This document shows, one piece after another, positions 46,375-56,410 of a stretch of 64,000 nucleotides of DNA. The translations under genes and the position numbers were made by a program. The stretch spans positions 2,611 through 66,610 of the forward strand of contig CAZSDC010000001.1 of assembly GCA_964605515.1 (NCBI GenBank), in the 5' to 3' direction. Under the pieces are notes generated by a model that ran no database searches, was not told the DNA's origin, and saw only the letters and a program-made list of their open reading frames with translations. Position 1 is the first letter of the stretch, and every line of letters starts with the position of its first letter. The stretch comes from an uncultured Chthoniobacter sp. (GTDB taxonomy: Bacteria > Verrucomicrobiota > Verrucomicrobiia > Chthoniobacterales > Terrimicrobiaceae).

Positions 46375-47322
46375 ATGAAAACCTGTCTGGTCATCGGCGG
46401 TGCCGGTTTCATTGGGAGACATGTTACGCGGCTGCTTTGCGAGTCGGGGCGCGACGTGACGGTCATCGGCCGCCGTGCAAAGGCTGATCGCGACCTGCAT
46501 CCTGCTTGCCGCTATTTATGCGGGGATTATGGCAACCGTGCTGTTTTGCGCGGCATCCTAAAGGCTGGCTGCGAAGTCATTGATCTGGCCTATTCCACCG
46601 TGCCTAAGACCAGCTTCGAGGATCCGGTATTCGACTTGATGTCCAACCTCCCGGCCAGCGTCGGGCTTTTCCAGGAAGCCCTTATTGCTGGGGTGGGCCG
46701 CGTCCTCATCGTTTCTTCCGGCGGCACTGTATACGGGCCGACCGACCAACTCCCCATCCGCGAAGATCATCCGACCCAGCCGGTCAGCCCCTACGGGATC
46801 ACCAAGCTTGCCATCGACCGATACGCAATGATGTTCCATCGAAATGCCGGGCTTCCCGTCATGGTCATACGTCCTGCAAATGCCTACGCCGAGGACCAGA
46901 GGGCTGGGACTGGACAGGGATTTATTGCGACCGCCGTTGCCGCGACCCTCTCCGGGCGCGAGGTCGAGATCTATGGTATCGAGGGAACAATCCGTGACTA
47001 TATCCATGTCTCCGACGTGGCTGCCGGAATTGTCGCGGCTCTCGATCATGGTGATGAGGGGGAGATTTACAACCTCGGCACGGGAGTGGGCACTTCGAAT
47101 GTCGGGATCGTCAAAATCCTTGAAAAGCTTGCCCGGGAACAGGGGATTCACCTGCTGAGCAAAACGCTCCCTTCACGCGGGTTTGATGTTGAGGCTAATG
47201 TCCTGGACAGCACCAAGCTGAGCGCGAAGTCCGGATGGGTTCCTTCGGTTTTGCTAGAAAATGGTCTCAAGCGGGTTTGGGGGGCAGCGATCTCCAGGAG
47301 GCCGAAGACCTGGGCGCACTGA
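46375..47322 (+). CDS. NAD-dependent epimerase/dehydratase (extended SDR)
   Basis: LVIGGAGFIGRHV (Rossmann), SSGGTVYG, YGITKLAIDRY (YxxxK). Confidence 0.85.
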   Translation: MKTCLVIGGAGFIGRHVTRLLCESGRDVTVIGRRAKADRDLHPACRYLCGDYGNRAVLRGILKAGCEVIDLAYSTVPKTSFEDPVFDLMSNLPASVGLFQEALIAGVGRVLIVSSGGTVYGPTDQLPIREDHPTQPVSPYGITKLAIDRYAMMFHRNAGLPVMVIRPANAYAEDQRAGTGQGFIATAVAATLSGREVEIYGIEGTIRDYIHVSDVAAGIVAALDHGDEGEIYNLGTGVGTSNVGIVKILEKLAREQGIHLLSKTLPSRGFDVEANVLDSTKLSAKSGWVPSVLLENGLKRVWGAAISRRPKTWAH

Positions 47323-47382
47323 CCTCAATGCATCTCTGGTCATTTTCTGGCAAGGCCTCCTGATGCGGCTAACCTTCAAAAC

Positions 47383-47685
47383 ATGATTTCCGGACAGACA
47401 GAGCGTCTCGACAAGTTCGGAATGTTTCGGCTCATTGCCGACAAAGTTGAGCGGTATCCCGTGCTTCTGCAGGTGCGGTTGGATATCATCGCGCGGTGGG
47501 TCACGAGTGGTATTGGTCAACAGCGCCGTCTCCGACAGCGGGAGGAGATGATCCTCGCCGAAAAATCTTCGTCCGCCGGGACGGCCGGGCTGCTTGCGGT
47601 GTTTAGCGAGGACTCCGAGCGCGCGGAGGAGGAAATGTTCCGCGCTGGACGGGATCTTACCGGGGTCTCAGCCGGAACTGGATGA
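47383..47685 (+). CDS. hypothetical small protein
   Basis: 100-aa ORF that fills the gap and is ATGA-coupled to the GT9 gene. No recognisable motif. Confidence 0.35.
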   Translation: MISGQTERLDKFGMFRLIADKVERYPVLLQVRLDIIARWVTSGIGQQRRLRQREEMILAEKSSSAGTAGLLAVFSEDSERAEEEMFRAGRDLTGVSAGTG

Positions 47686-48947
47686 AAATAACGATCAGCA
47701 GCCTGGACGGGCTCGGTGATTTCATCCTGCGGCTCCCGATGATCCGGGCACTGCTGGGAGACGGTCATCAAATTCAGCTGTTTCTGCAGAAGCCTGCTGC
47801 GGAATTGGCAGAGGTGGTATTTCCTGGCGTCGAGCGCCACAGTATCGGGGCCAACCCGTATCATCCCGACACCCGCCGCAGAAAAAATCCGTTCCGCGCC
47901 GAGCACGCCGCGATCCGGAAATTTGGACCGGCGCTCTATGTCGCAGGGGGCTTCTCGATCAACTATTTCGACCAAGTCTGGATGGAATGCGGGGACCGGC
48001 AAGTGCAGGTTGCGGGGTTTGATACCTCCGATCCCTTCTGGCCGTGCATGACGACCTGCAATCCGAGGGATTTGTCCCAACGCTTTAATATCCGGGCAGA
48101 GGTTTCCGTGGCGCTTCCGGAGCTTGAAAAAAACCGACTTCTGGCCTCGTGCATCCTTGGTCAGCAGCTTCCATTGGAGCCACCGCGGCTGGAGGCGCGA
48201 CCGTCAGACCTTGAATCCGCTTCTGCCCTTCTTTCTGTGCGGGGTCTTGCACCGGAGGGGTATTGGATCGCCTGCGTCGGGTCGCGCTTCGGTCTGCGGA
48301 ACAAGGATTGGGGAGAAGAGAATTGGAAGAAGTTCTTTTCCTTCATAACGCGCTCCGATACGCGAGCGGTTGTATTTCTTGGGAACCCCAAGGAATTTGA
48401 ATCCATCGAGCGGATCCGGTCTGCTTTGCCGGCCTCCGCGAATTCTGTCAACCTCGCGGGTGAGCCCCCGCCGATCGGGGTCTCTCTGGCCCTGGTCTCA
48501 CTGGCGCGGGGATATCTTGGCAGGGATTCGGGAGTGATGCACATGGCCGCGGCTACCGGACGACCGGTCCTGGCCGTTTACGGCGGCAGCCATTGGGGGA
48601 GGTTTCTTCCCTCCAGTGGTCCGGCTGTTGTTGTGACCTGCTCTGTCCCCTGCCGAGGTTGCGACTTTTCTTGTCCATACGAGAAGCCTTGGTGCATCAC
48701 GGATGTCCGTTTGGAAACGATGAATGGGGCCTGGAACCGCTTGCCTTTTGCCTTGGGGGTTGAAGCCATCGAGCAACCCGGTCAAAGTGACCGGCACCTC
48801 CTTTCCAATCTTGAGGCCCGGCAACACGCGCATTCCGCGCAAATCGAACGCCAGAACCACGAGCAGGCCGAACGGTTGAAAGGCCTCCCCTCACGTATGG
48901 CGGGAAGCATTTTCTCCCGGTTGCTACGGCTGAAACGGCAGCGCTGA
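47682..48947 (+). CDS. GT9 glycosyltransferase (heptosyltransferase-like) with a C-terminal coiled-coil/basic tail
   Basis: SLDGLGDFILRLPMIRAL and YLGRDSGVMHMAAATGRPVLAVYGGSHWGRFLP are classic GT9 motifs. Tail: EARQHAHSAQIERQNHEQAERLK...LLRLKRQR. Confidence 0.8.
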   Translation: MKITISSLDGLGDFILRLPMIRALLGDGHQIQLFLQKPAAELAEVVFPGVERHSIGANPYHPDTRRRKNPFRAEHAAIRKFGPALYVAGGFSINYFDQVWMECGDRQVQVAGFDTSDPFWPCMTTCNPRDLSQRFNIRAEVSVALPELEKNRLLASCILGQQLPLEPPRLEARPSDLESASALLSVRGLAPEGYWIACVGSRFGLRNKDWGEENWKKFFSFITRSDTRAVVFLGNPKEFESIERIRSALPASANSVNLAGEPPPIGVSLALVSLARGYLGRDSGVMHMAAATGRPVLAVYGGSHWGRFLPSSGPAVVVTCSVPCRGCDFSCPYEKPWCITDVRLETMNGAWNRLPFALGVEAIEQPGQSDRHLLSNLEARQHAHSAQIERQNHEQAERLKGLPSRMAGSIFSRLLRLKRQR

Positions 48948-48953
48948 ACGGAT

Positions 48954-50117
48954 ATGAAATTTAAACAAACCATTATCAATTGGGCCAGATTCCGCACGTC
49001 GTGGCGGCTTCTTTTGTCCAGTCTGAAATGTGATTTCACGAACGATTGCCTTAAGCCGCTTTTAATATTTGCGGGGCTGACGAACCCGCAGCGATCCCCC
49101 GTCGGTTCAGCCACGCCAACCGCAAAGAGAAACGCTCAACGCCCGGTCATATTCGCCTCCTATTGTGCCGGTCCCTCGCTCGTTGGGAGCAATAAATACT
49201 GCGGAGGAGAAAAAGTTCTCAACAATCTGGTTCTGTTGTTGAGGCACCACGGATACGAAGCCTTCATGGTGAGCCTTGATGGGACACACACCGATTGGCT
49301 GGTCGAGCACGCCCCCTACATTTCTTTGTCCGAGTTTGCCGAGAGAAAAGCCAAAGCGCCCTCATTCCGGTGTGTCACATCCTGGTTGAAGGCGACAGCC
49401 TTTCTCGAGCATGCAGAGAGTTTTTATTTTTGGGATCAGGAATTGGGATCCTCTGCCCGAAGCCAGTTTCCAGAATTCGCCCGACTTGTTGCCTCCGGGA
49501 GAATTCTTCAATCCGCAGGTCTCAACCGGGTTATCCAAACATGGCATTCAGCTGTCTTTGGGAAGGAGACGCATTTGCTGCGACAAATCCTGAATGATCG
49601 CCATTGGCGTCCTGATCCAAGCCGGCGTATCCGTCGTCGTGTGGGGTATTTTGATGAGGGTGGGCATACCGCGGATTACCTCAGCGTGGTTGGGGATTTG
49701 ACACGTCGCGGAGGACTCGATCTGGAGTTTTATGAACTTCAAGGGCTTGAACTAGATATTGTCCAACAGATGCAAACCTGCGCGGTTTGTCTTGTATTGA
49801 ATATCGGCAAGAGTGAATGGGGAGAGGGTGGGCCGATGGCTCCCTGGGAAGCTATGGCATGCGGAGCGGTTCCTGTCTGCTTCGACCTCAAGGGTGCTTG
49901 GGAGATCGTCCAGCCGAACTACAGTGGTGTGATCACGGAGGAGATCCGTCCGGAGTTGATGGGGACTGCCCTGCTTGACATTTACAGGACGCCCGGACGC
50001 CTCGAGGAGATGAGTCGGCGCTGCCTCGAGACCACGGCTGCCGCCCATACGATGGAAGCCCGGTGGCCGGCTGTGAAAAAATTTCTCGATCTGGACGACA
50101 GTTCCGAACACGCATGA
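48954..50117 (+). CDS. GT-B glycosyltransferase (GT4/GT1-like)
   Basis: GGEKVLNNLVLLLRHHGYE (N-lobe) and EGGPMAPWEAMACGAVPVC (E-x7-E-type C-lobe motif). Confidence 0.65.
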   Translation: MKFKQTIINWARFRTSWRLLLSSLKCDFTNDCLKPLLIFAGLTNPQRSPVGSATPTAKRNAQRPVIFASYCAGPSLVGSNKYCGGEKVLNNLVLLLRHHGYEAFMVSLDGTHTDWLVEHAPYISLSEFAERKAKAPSFRCVTSWLKATAFLEHAESFYFWDQELGSSARSQFPEFARLVASGRILQSAGLNRVIQTWHSAVFGKETHLLRQILNDRHWRPDPSRRIRRRVGYFDEGGHTADYLSVVGDLTRRGGLDLEFYELQGLELDIVQQMQTCAVCLVLNIGKSEWGEGGPMAPWEAMACGAVPVCFDLKGAWEIVQPNYSGVITEEIRPELMGTALLDIYRTPGRLEEMSRRCLETTAAAHTMEARWPAVKKFLDLDDSSEHA

Positions 50118-51313
50118 GTTTCGTCCGGAATCTTTTTCTCGTGGACCAGTGCCTGACCGGTCTAACCGGACACCACCTTTTTTACAACAGGGCGCTGGCC
50201 GAAGCCGCGTCCTGCATGGGGCTCCAGACAACGGTGGTGGCCGGGTGCGAGTTTCGCTCTAATGATCTGATTCCGTGCGATGTCCGTGCGGTTTTCCGAC
50301 GCGACTGGCGCGCGATCCCTCCGGCACGGGCGGCTAAAAACCACCTGGTGCTTAATGCGCTTGACCGGCTTTCCTTCCGGCGTTTCCGGAGCGATCTTGG
50401 ACGGGCGTTCCCGCAGAAATCATGGGGCCCGAGCGATTTGGTTTTCGGCCAGATGATTGCGCCGCGGCACCTGGCCGCTTGGCTGGAATGGCTCTCCGCC
50501 CTACCGGCCCACCGCGCTCCAGCGCTTGCCGTCCATGTCGCTTACGATCCTTCACGCTTCGCCGCCCACCCCCGGTTGAAACGCTCTCTGCGGGTGTTCA
50601 ACGAAAGCATTCACCGCGCGCGGTTGATTCCGCTGACCGACAGTTCCAAGCTCACCGGGGCGTATGGCGAAGTGCTGGGGCGGAAGGTGTTTGTCCTTCC
50701 GCATGTCATCAGCCCGGAGATTGGAAAAGTGGACCCGTTCCCTGACGATCACCCTCCTGTCTTTGGAGTTTTGGGAAGCCCGCGCGAGGAGAAAGGCTTT
50801 GCCGAAACCGTGGGGGCGATCCTGAACCTTTCGGCGGATCCGGATCCTCCACGCTTTCTGGTGGTCGTGAACCGGCCGGATGCCTTCAGCTTGCCATGGG
50901 TTCATAAACTGCGCGCGGCACGGCTGGAAAACGTCGAACTCGTGGAAGAAGCATTTGAAAGCGAGTCGGACTACGCTCGGCTGTTCGATCGAGTTTCGAC
51001 CCTTATCCTACCCTACCACCTGAATATTTACGGTGTTCGAACAAGCGGAGTTTTTTGCGAGGCGCTGGCATCTGGTCGCGTGGTGGTTGTGAGCGAAGGA
51101 TCATGGATGAGCGATAAGGCTGGCGATGTCGCCGCATGCCGGAGAAGTCCGGAGCGAGACCCTGCGGCGCTAGCCGCCGCGATTCGCTCGGCCATTTTCG
51201 AGAGACGGGAGCTTTCCGCCAAAGCGCGCCGGGCAGCTCCGGGGTATCGCGAGGAATTCAGTGCGCAGGGGTTCCTATCTGGCCTGATGGAGGCGGTGGA
51301 GGCGCATGTCTGA
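50114..51313 (+). CDS. GT-B glycosyltransferase-like protein
   Basis: Internal ATG at 50114 (ATGA overlap). REEKGF...LILPYHLNIYGVRTSGVFCEALASGRVVVVS resembles the GT-B C-lobe. Confidence 0.55.
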   Translation: MSFVRNLFLVDQCLTGLTGHHLFYNRALAEAASCMGLQTTVVAGCEFRSNDLIPCDVRAVFRRDWRAIPPARAAKNHLVLNALDRLSFRRFRSDLGRAFPQKSWGPSDLVFGQMIAPRHLAAWLEWLSALPAHRAPALAVHVAYDPSRFAAHPRLKRSLRVFNESIHRARLIPLTDSSKLTGAYGEVLGRKVFVLPHVISPEIGKVDPFPDDHPPVFGVLGSPREEKGFAETVGAILNLSADPDPPRFLVVVNRPDAFSLPWVHKLRAARLENVELVEEAFESESDYARLFDRVSTLILPYHLNIYGVRTSGVFCEALASGRVVVVSEGSWMSDKAGDVAACRRSPERDPAALAAAIRSAIFERRELSAKARRAAPGYREEFSAQGFLSGLMEAVEAHV

Positions 51314-52520
51314 TCCGTTGAAGATCGGCCTGCTCTTCCCTTGGAAGGGGCTCCCGGCAATGGATCGTGGCTCGGCAAGGCGTGCCGTGCCGCTGGTTTC
51401 CTTGCTCTCCGAACATTTCGAGACGGTCGAGGTTTTGAGCCCCGGCGACAGGGAAGCCGTCATCGACGGGAATGTGACATACGATTTTTACCATGACAGT
51501 CCGGTTGCCCGCTGGATATGCGGCATGGCATACCGGATTTTCGAGGGCACGACCTATCATCTCTGGCGGGGACGGGCTTCCCTTCATGAAAGGCACCAGC
51601 TGTGGCACTATATCCATCCATATTTCGAACCATCCCTCCGGGCCTCCGTCCGCTGCCTGGTATCGCGGGTGGATGTCGTGCTTCTCAAATATCCGTTCTG
51701 GTCTTCGATCCTTCCGCAGGGGAGCAGTTCAAAGCCCGTCATCCTTTCTCTCTACGATATGCTTTCCGAGGCGATTTCGCAGCCGTGGCTGAAACGCACG
51801 GTGCGCAAGCTCGAACTCGATGCCTGTCGGCGCTCCGACGCGGTCGTCTGCTGCACGGAGGCCGATGCCGACAACATCCGGTCAGCGGGATTTCATCCGA
51901 CATACATCCCGCACGGGATCGACCTCCGCGCGCAGCAGCGTCCGCGGATTCCGCAGGGGACCGAATTCGAGCGGATTGATGCGCACAAAAACAATGGCGG
52001 GCTCGTCTGCTTTTTTGTCGGCAGCAGCCACGGGCCGAATCGCGAGGCTGTCGAAGAGATCCGGAAGATGTCCGGCGCGTTGTTGGACGAACCCGGGATC
52101 CTGTTTGTCGCGGCTGGTTCCTGCTGTGGGCGGATGTCGCCCGCCAGCAACCTGATCTTGCTCGGTCCGGTAGCGGAGGAAGCACTGGACTGGCTGTATT
52201 CAGCCTGCGATGTCGTCCTGTCGCCGCTGCGCAGCGGAACGGGTTCCTCACTCAAAACGCTCGAGGCGCTGGCGAAGAGAAAAATCCTTCTCTCCTCCAG
52301 CGTGGGGGCGCGCGGGTATCCATTGGTTTCCGGCAGGGACGCGATTCTCAGCGATGACTTTTCGGCGTATCCTGTCATTCTTCGCGGCCTGATGAACGAC
52401 GCGTCGCTGCGCGAAAAGCTTTCCGATGGCGGGTGGGACTTTGTTCAGGCGTTTAGCAGCCGCAGAGTTTACCTTCCATATATTGAAATGATCAAAGACG
52501 TGGTTGCACGGCGGACATGA
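51306..52520 (+). CDS. GT4-family glycosyltransferase
   Basis: FFVGSSHGPNREAV and LSPLRSGTGSSLKTLEALAKRKILLSSSVGARG. 8-nt overlap upstream. Confidence 0.75.
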   Translation: MSDPLKIGLLFPWKGLPAMDRGSARRAVPLVSLLSEHFETVEVLSPGDREAVIDGNVTYDFYHDSPVARWICGMAYRIFEGTTYHLWRGRASLHERHQLWHYIHPYFEPSLRASVRCLVSRVDVVLLKYPFWSSILPQGSSSKPVILSLYDMLSEAISQPWLKRTVRKLELDACRRSDAVVCCTEADADNIRSAGFHPTYIPHGIDLRAQQRPRIPQGTEFERIDAHKNNGGLVCFFVGSSHGPNREAVEEIRKMSGALLDEPGILFVAAGSCCGRMSPASNLILLGPVAEEALDWLYSACDVVLSPLRSGTGSSLKTLEALAKRKILLSSSVGARGYPLVSGRDAILSDDFSAYPVILRGLMNDASLREKLSDGGWDFVQAFSSRRVYLPYIEMIKDVVARRT

Positions 52521-53458
52521 CGATCAGCGTTATTATTCCTTCCTTCAATGCGGCGAAGTGGCTGCCCGCCGCGGTGGCCAGCGTGCGCGCTCAGATCCGT
52601 CCCGCCGACGAAATCGTGATTGTGGATGACGGGAGCACCGATGGCACGCGCGAGCTCTGTCAGACTTTCGGTGAACGCGTCCGATATGTGGCGCGGGAGA
52701 ATGGAGGCTTGGCAGCGGCACGCAATACGGGCGTTGCTGCGACATCCGGCGAATGGCTGTTGTTCCTTGATGCCGATGACGTGCTCGTCCCCGATGCGCT
52801 GGCCTCGCTTTCCCGCTCGGCCGAACGGTCTGACGCAGGGGTAGTTTACGGATTTGTTCTCCAGCGCCGTGCGGTGGCCACCGAGACCAGGCTCCACGGT
52901 CTGCCTTATGCGGTAGGCGAACCGCCCGTACCGGCAAAGGCTCATTTCTGGTGGACGCCCATCCCGACTGCCGGGGCAGCATTGATCCGGCGTTCGCTGA
53001 ATGAAGAAGTCGGCGGATTCGACGAAAACTTCCGGCAGGTCGAGGATGCGGAATACTGGCTGCGCTGCGGGGTCACTGCGCCATTCGCGCACTGCGATCG
53101 GGTGGTGCTGGACAAAACCTTTACTCCGACATCGCTCGGACAGCAGGGCGGCGGAAGCATCTGGTATCGTCTCCAACTCCAGCGTAAATTTCTCCTCTGG
53201 TGCGAGCGCAAAGGCATCGCCACGGAATTTCTGGAAGCAACCCCCCGCGACATCGTGGATCACGCATTGATGCGCATCTGCCGTCAGAAAGCCTGGGGGT
53301 GTCTCGAACAAATACTCGGGCAGGCGGACGAGATGGGCGTGAGGTCGCCGTGGTATTGGAGGTCCTTGCTCACGGAACGCGCCATGAAATTATCGGGTTC
53401 GTTGCCCGCCGGTTCGCAACGTTATCCTGTCGTGTATTCCCGGTGGATGGAAAGCTGA
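52517..53458 (+). CDS. GT2 glycosyltransferase
   Basis: MTISVIIPSFNAAKWLPAAVASVRAQ...IVIVDDGSTDGT...GLAAARNTG...FLDADDVL. ATGA overlap. Confidence 0.85.
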   Translation: MTISVIIPSFNAAKWLPAAVASVRAQIRPADEIVIVDDGSTDGTRELCQTFGERVRYVARENGGLAAARNTGVAATSGEWLLFLDADDVLVPDALASLSRSAERSDAGVVYGFVLQRRAVATETRLHGLPYAVGEPPVPAKAHFWWTPIPTAGAALIRRSLNEEVGGFDENFRQVEDAEYWLRCGVTAPFAHCDRVVLDKTFTPTSLGQQGGGSIWYRLQLQRKFLLWCERKGIATEFLEATPRDIVDHALMRICRQKAWGCLEQILGQADEMGVRSPWYWRSLLTERAMKLSGSLPAGSQRYPVVYSRWMES

Positions 53459-53461
53459 GCG

Positions 53462-54610
53462 ATGAATGTTCTCATAATTGGAGGCGCTGGATTTATCGGT
53501 TCCCGAACTGCGTTCCGGCTGCTGGCCGACGGCCACTCACCGGTGGTTTTTGATTCCTTCGACCCGCAGATCCACGGGGATTCCGGGCTCGGCCACGTGG
53601 CCGAACTGCGGAAGTGCCTTCCCGTCATTGAGGGTGACACGCGCGATGGGGCAGCGCTTGAGAAATGCCTCGGGGATGCCGAGGCAGTCTTTTATTTTCC
53701 GGCCTGCACCGGGACCGGCCAGTCGATGTATCGCGCGGGGAATTATTGTGATGTGAACGTTCACGGTGCGGGGGTTTTTGCCGATGCCCTTCAGAAATTC
53801 CGTTCCCGCATTTCGCGGGTAATTGTCAGCTCGTCGAGGGCGGTCTATGGCGAAGGGGCGGCCAAGTGCGACAATCACGGCCGCGTCTTCCCGCGCAACA
53901 GGCGGGCGGCCGACATGGAAGCCGGACAGTTTGAAAGCACCTGTCCCCACTGCGGCAAGCCGGTGTCCGCACTGCCGTCACGTGAAGACGATGCCTTCGG
54001 CCCGGTCTCGATTTACGGCATCACCAAGCTCGCGCAGGAAATGGTGGTTGCCAATACGGCCGCCGGCGCGGGGATCCCGTCCGTCATTTTCAGGTATCAA
54101 AACGTTTACGGCCCCGGGCAGTCGCTCGCGAACCCCTACACCGGCATCCTCTCGATCTTCACCCAACTGCTCCTCGGCGGACAGGCGATCAATGTTTTTG
54201 AAGACGGTTTTGCGACGAGGGATTTTGTGTTTGTGGACGACGTTGTCGAATACAATTGTCGGGCACTCACGGCACCGGTTTCCGGGTCGGCCGTGCTTAA
54301 TGTCGGGATGGGTGTGAGAAAAACCATTTTTGATCTCGTGCGGGCGCTGGGAGAGGCGCTGGGGGTCGAGACCCGCCATTTCGTCAGTGGAGATTTCCGA
54401 CTCGGTGATATCCGGCATGCCGTGGCGGACACGGAAACGTTATTCGGGATTCTGGGTCCGATGGAGTTCACTTCGCTTGAGGACGGGGTCCGCGCGTTCA
54501 CGGCCTGGGTCACATCGCAGGAGCTTTCCGGCCAAGCGAATGCTTCGTTCCAAAATTCGCTTGCGGAGATGAGGGGTGCCGGGCTTCTTCGCACGGCTCG
54601 GAGCTCATGA
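53462..54610 (+). CDS. NAD-dependent epimerase/dehydratase (extended SDR) with a Cys/His-rich insertion
   Basis: LIIGGAGFIGSR, SSSRAVYG, YGITKLAQE. Between the Ser and the YxxxK lies an insertion of about 45 aa: KCDNHGRVFPRN...FESTCPHCGKPV. Confidence 0.85.
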   Translation: MNVLIIGGAGFIGSRTAFRLLADGHSPVVFDSFDPQIHGDSGLGHVAELRKCLPVIEGDTRDGAALEKCLGDAEAVFYFPACTGTGQSMYRAGNYCDVNVHGAGVFADALQKFRSRISRVIVSSSRAVYGEGAAKCDNHGRVFPRNRRAADMEAGQFESTCPHCGKPVSALPSREDDAFGPVSIYGITKLAQEMVVANTAAGAGIPSVIFRYQNVYGPGQSLANPYTGILSIFTQLLLGGQAINVFEDGFATRDFVFVDDVVEYNCRALTAPVSGSAVLNVGMGVRKTIFDLVRALGEALGVETRHFVSGDFRLGDIRHAVADTETLFGILGPMEFTSLEDGVRAFTAWVTSQELSGQANASFQNSLAEMRGAGLLRTARSS

Positions 54611-55551
54611 GTATGCTCCAACCCATCCACACGGAACGCCTCTGCGTCCTCATCACCGTCTATCATCCCTACCGGTGGACGGCTCCCTTCACCTGGCGGA
54701 TGATCCGGAAGTTCTGGCCGGAGCATCCGCCGGTGTATTTTTGCGGATTAACCACGGAGGAGGCGGGCGACCTTCCGCACATTCCGGTCGCGGATGCCGC
54801 CTTGCCGCGCGTCTGGGCCGACTTCGCCTTCGAGGCTGCTGCAAAACTCAAGGCCGATGGCTTCGAGGCGGTATATTTTTTCCTCGAAGACCACATGCCT
54901 CTCGGCCGTTGCCACGAGGCGAATCTCCGCGACCTTCTGCCCTCCATGCTGAACTCTCTGCCTGCCTCCTACATCGGTTTGATGGGATGGGACAACCGGC
55001 GGTTTGCGGCAAGAGGGGGGGATGTTTTGCCGTCGGCACAGCACCGCTTCATGCATCTCACCACTGCTGGTGCGCCGCGGTTCCATCTTCATCCTTCTCT
55101 TTTCCGCATGGAGGCATTGGTCGCGTGTCTGGACGCTCTGCGAAAGCACGAAAAGCCGAACCCCTGGGGGTTTGAAAAATTATGCGAGAAGCCGGGTGCT
55201 CCGCTGCCCGGGGAATTCAAGGGCAGCTGCTACCAGATCTGTGGAAGCGAACTGGCTTTGAAGAAACCCGGGGCTTCCAAGAGGCTTTTCGATGCTTTTG
55301 AGCGATGGGTTTACCACCGGGCGATGAGCGTGATTCCGTATGCTTACAAGATGGGATTCGGAAGCTGGCTTTCGAGAATCATCGGCTTCGACAACTTCTA
55401 TTACATCGGCCCGTTCCCGATGTTTTATTCCGGCGTCATGGCGGGTGGAAAGGTCAACCCGTTTTTTCTCCGATATCTCAAGGCGCACCCGGATCCGGAT
55501 TTTTGTGACCTGATCGAAGCGGCTCAGGAACAGACCGGCCTCCGGCCTTGA
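54607..55551 (+). CDS. hypothetical protein, possible unclassified GT-A-like transferase
   Basis: ATGA-coupled to the SDR gene. LCVLITVYHPYRW...AVYFFLEDHMPLG (ED at a DxD-like position). No family is recognised. Confidence 0.45.
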   Translation: MSMLQPIHTERLCVLITVYHPYRWTAPFTWRMIRKFWPEHPPVYFCGLTTEEAGDLPHIPVADAALPRVWADFAFEAAAKLKADGFEAVYFFLEDHMPLGRCHEANLRDLLPSMLNSLPASYIGLMGWDNRRFAARGGDVLPSAQHRFMHLTTAGAPRFHLHPSLFRMEALVACLDALRKHEKPNPWGFEKLCEKPGAPLPGEFKGSCYQICGSELALKKPGASKRLFDAFERWVYHRAMSVIPYAYKMGFGSWLSRIIGFDNFYYIGPFPMFYSGVMAGGKVNPFFLRYLKAHPDPDFCDLIEAAQEQTGLRP

Positions 55552-55554
55552 GCA

Positions 55555-56283
55555 CTAATTCTGCGTGCCCCGGATCGTGCAAAAGTAATCCTTGCCGATG
55601 TTGCGGACGTGGTAGCGAGGCTCAAGGAATTTCAAAGCCGCCCGCTGGTCTTCCTCGGAGATGGCGCAGTTCTCGAAGACGATGACATCCGGTTTCCATA
55701 TGGCGAGGTCGAGCTGTCGCAGGATTTCCCAGTCATGGCCTTCGGTATCGATGACGAGAAGGTCGACACGCTTTTGTGCCGTGTGGGAGAAGAGTTCGTC
55801 CAGGGAAATAGTGGGAACGAGGATCTCCGTGATGAACGGTTCAAGGCGGCCGTTGAGCTGGACGGCGATGTGGTCGCGGTTGAACGAGCCGAGCTGTTCG
55901 ACCCACGAGGGCAGTTCAGGGACCTCTCGTCGCGCCGCAGGGGAAACGAAGTAGAACTTCTCCTCGCTTGTTTTGCGCGAAACCGCCGCATTGACAAAAG
56001 AAAACCGCCCGGAAGCCCCGTAGTGATTTTTCAGTTTCTCAAAAAGGTAGGGGACCGGCTCGACAAACGTGCCGCTCCAACCGGCATGCTTTTGAAGCAA
56101 TGGAAATGCGGGATCAGTTGTCGGACCGTCGTTGGCGCCGATGACAACAACCGCTACATCGTCCCGATGGCCGATCGCCTTTTCGATCAGGCGCGTTGGG
56201 CTGAACTTCCATCCTACATATTCCAGATGCAGAGATGCCAGAGGGCGTCCAATGACTGGAATGGACTTCAGAAAATTTTGCAT
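55555..56283 (-). CDS. FkbM-family methyltransferase (the only minus-strand gene in the locus)
   Basis: The minus-strand translation has VAVVVIGANDGPTTDP (motif I) and VDLLVIDTEGHDWEIL (FkbM motif). The overlapping + ORF 55609-56394 has no motifs. Confidence 0.8.
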   Translation of the reverse strand: MQNFLKSIPVIGRPLASLHLEYVGWKFSPTRLIEKAIGHRDDVAVVVIGANDGPTTDPAFPLLQKHAGWSGTFVEPVPYLFEKLKNHYGASGRFSFVNAAVSRKTSEEKFYFVSPAARREVPELPSWVEQLGSFNRDHIAVQLNGRLEPFITEILVPTISLDELFSHTAQKRVDLLVIDTEGHDWEILRQLDLAIWKPDVIVFENCAISEEDQRAALKFLEPRYHVRNIGKDYFCTIRGTQN

Positions 56284-56410
56284 GGGGCGGTTACGTTGGC
56301 ACTTTCTGGAACGGTTGTCATATGCAAATATCAGGTCCTCCTCAATGTGGTGGCTGTTTCCTCACGTCCGTGCCTGGATGGAGAGAGCCCGTGAACACCA
56401 GACCTCACAA

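Noticed and set aside
48640-48700. Cys-rich segment CSVPCRGCDFSCPYEKPWC in the GT9 protein as a novel metal site.
   Set aside because: As far as I recall, comparable C-x2-C...C segments occur near the C-terminus of many GT9 heptosyltransferase-like proteins, so it is probably a family feature.
55609-56394. 261-aa + strand ORF that would keep the whole locus co-directional.
   Set aside because: Its translation has no motifs, whereas the minus strand encodes a clean FkbM methyltransferase (GANDG, VIDTEGHD). The minus-strand gene was accepted.
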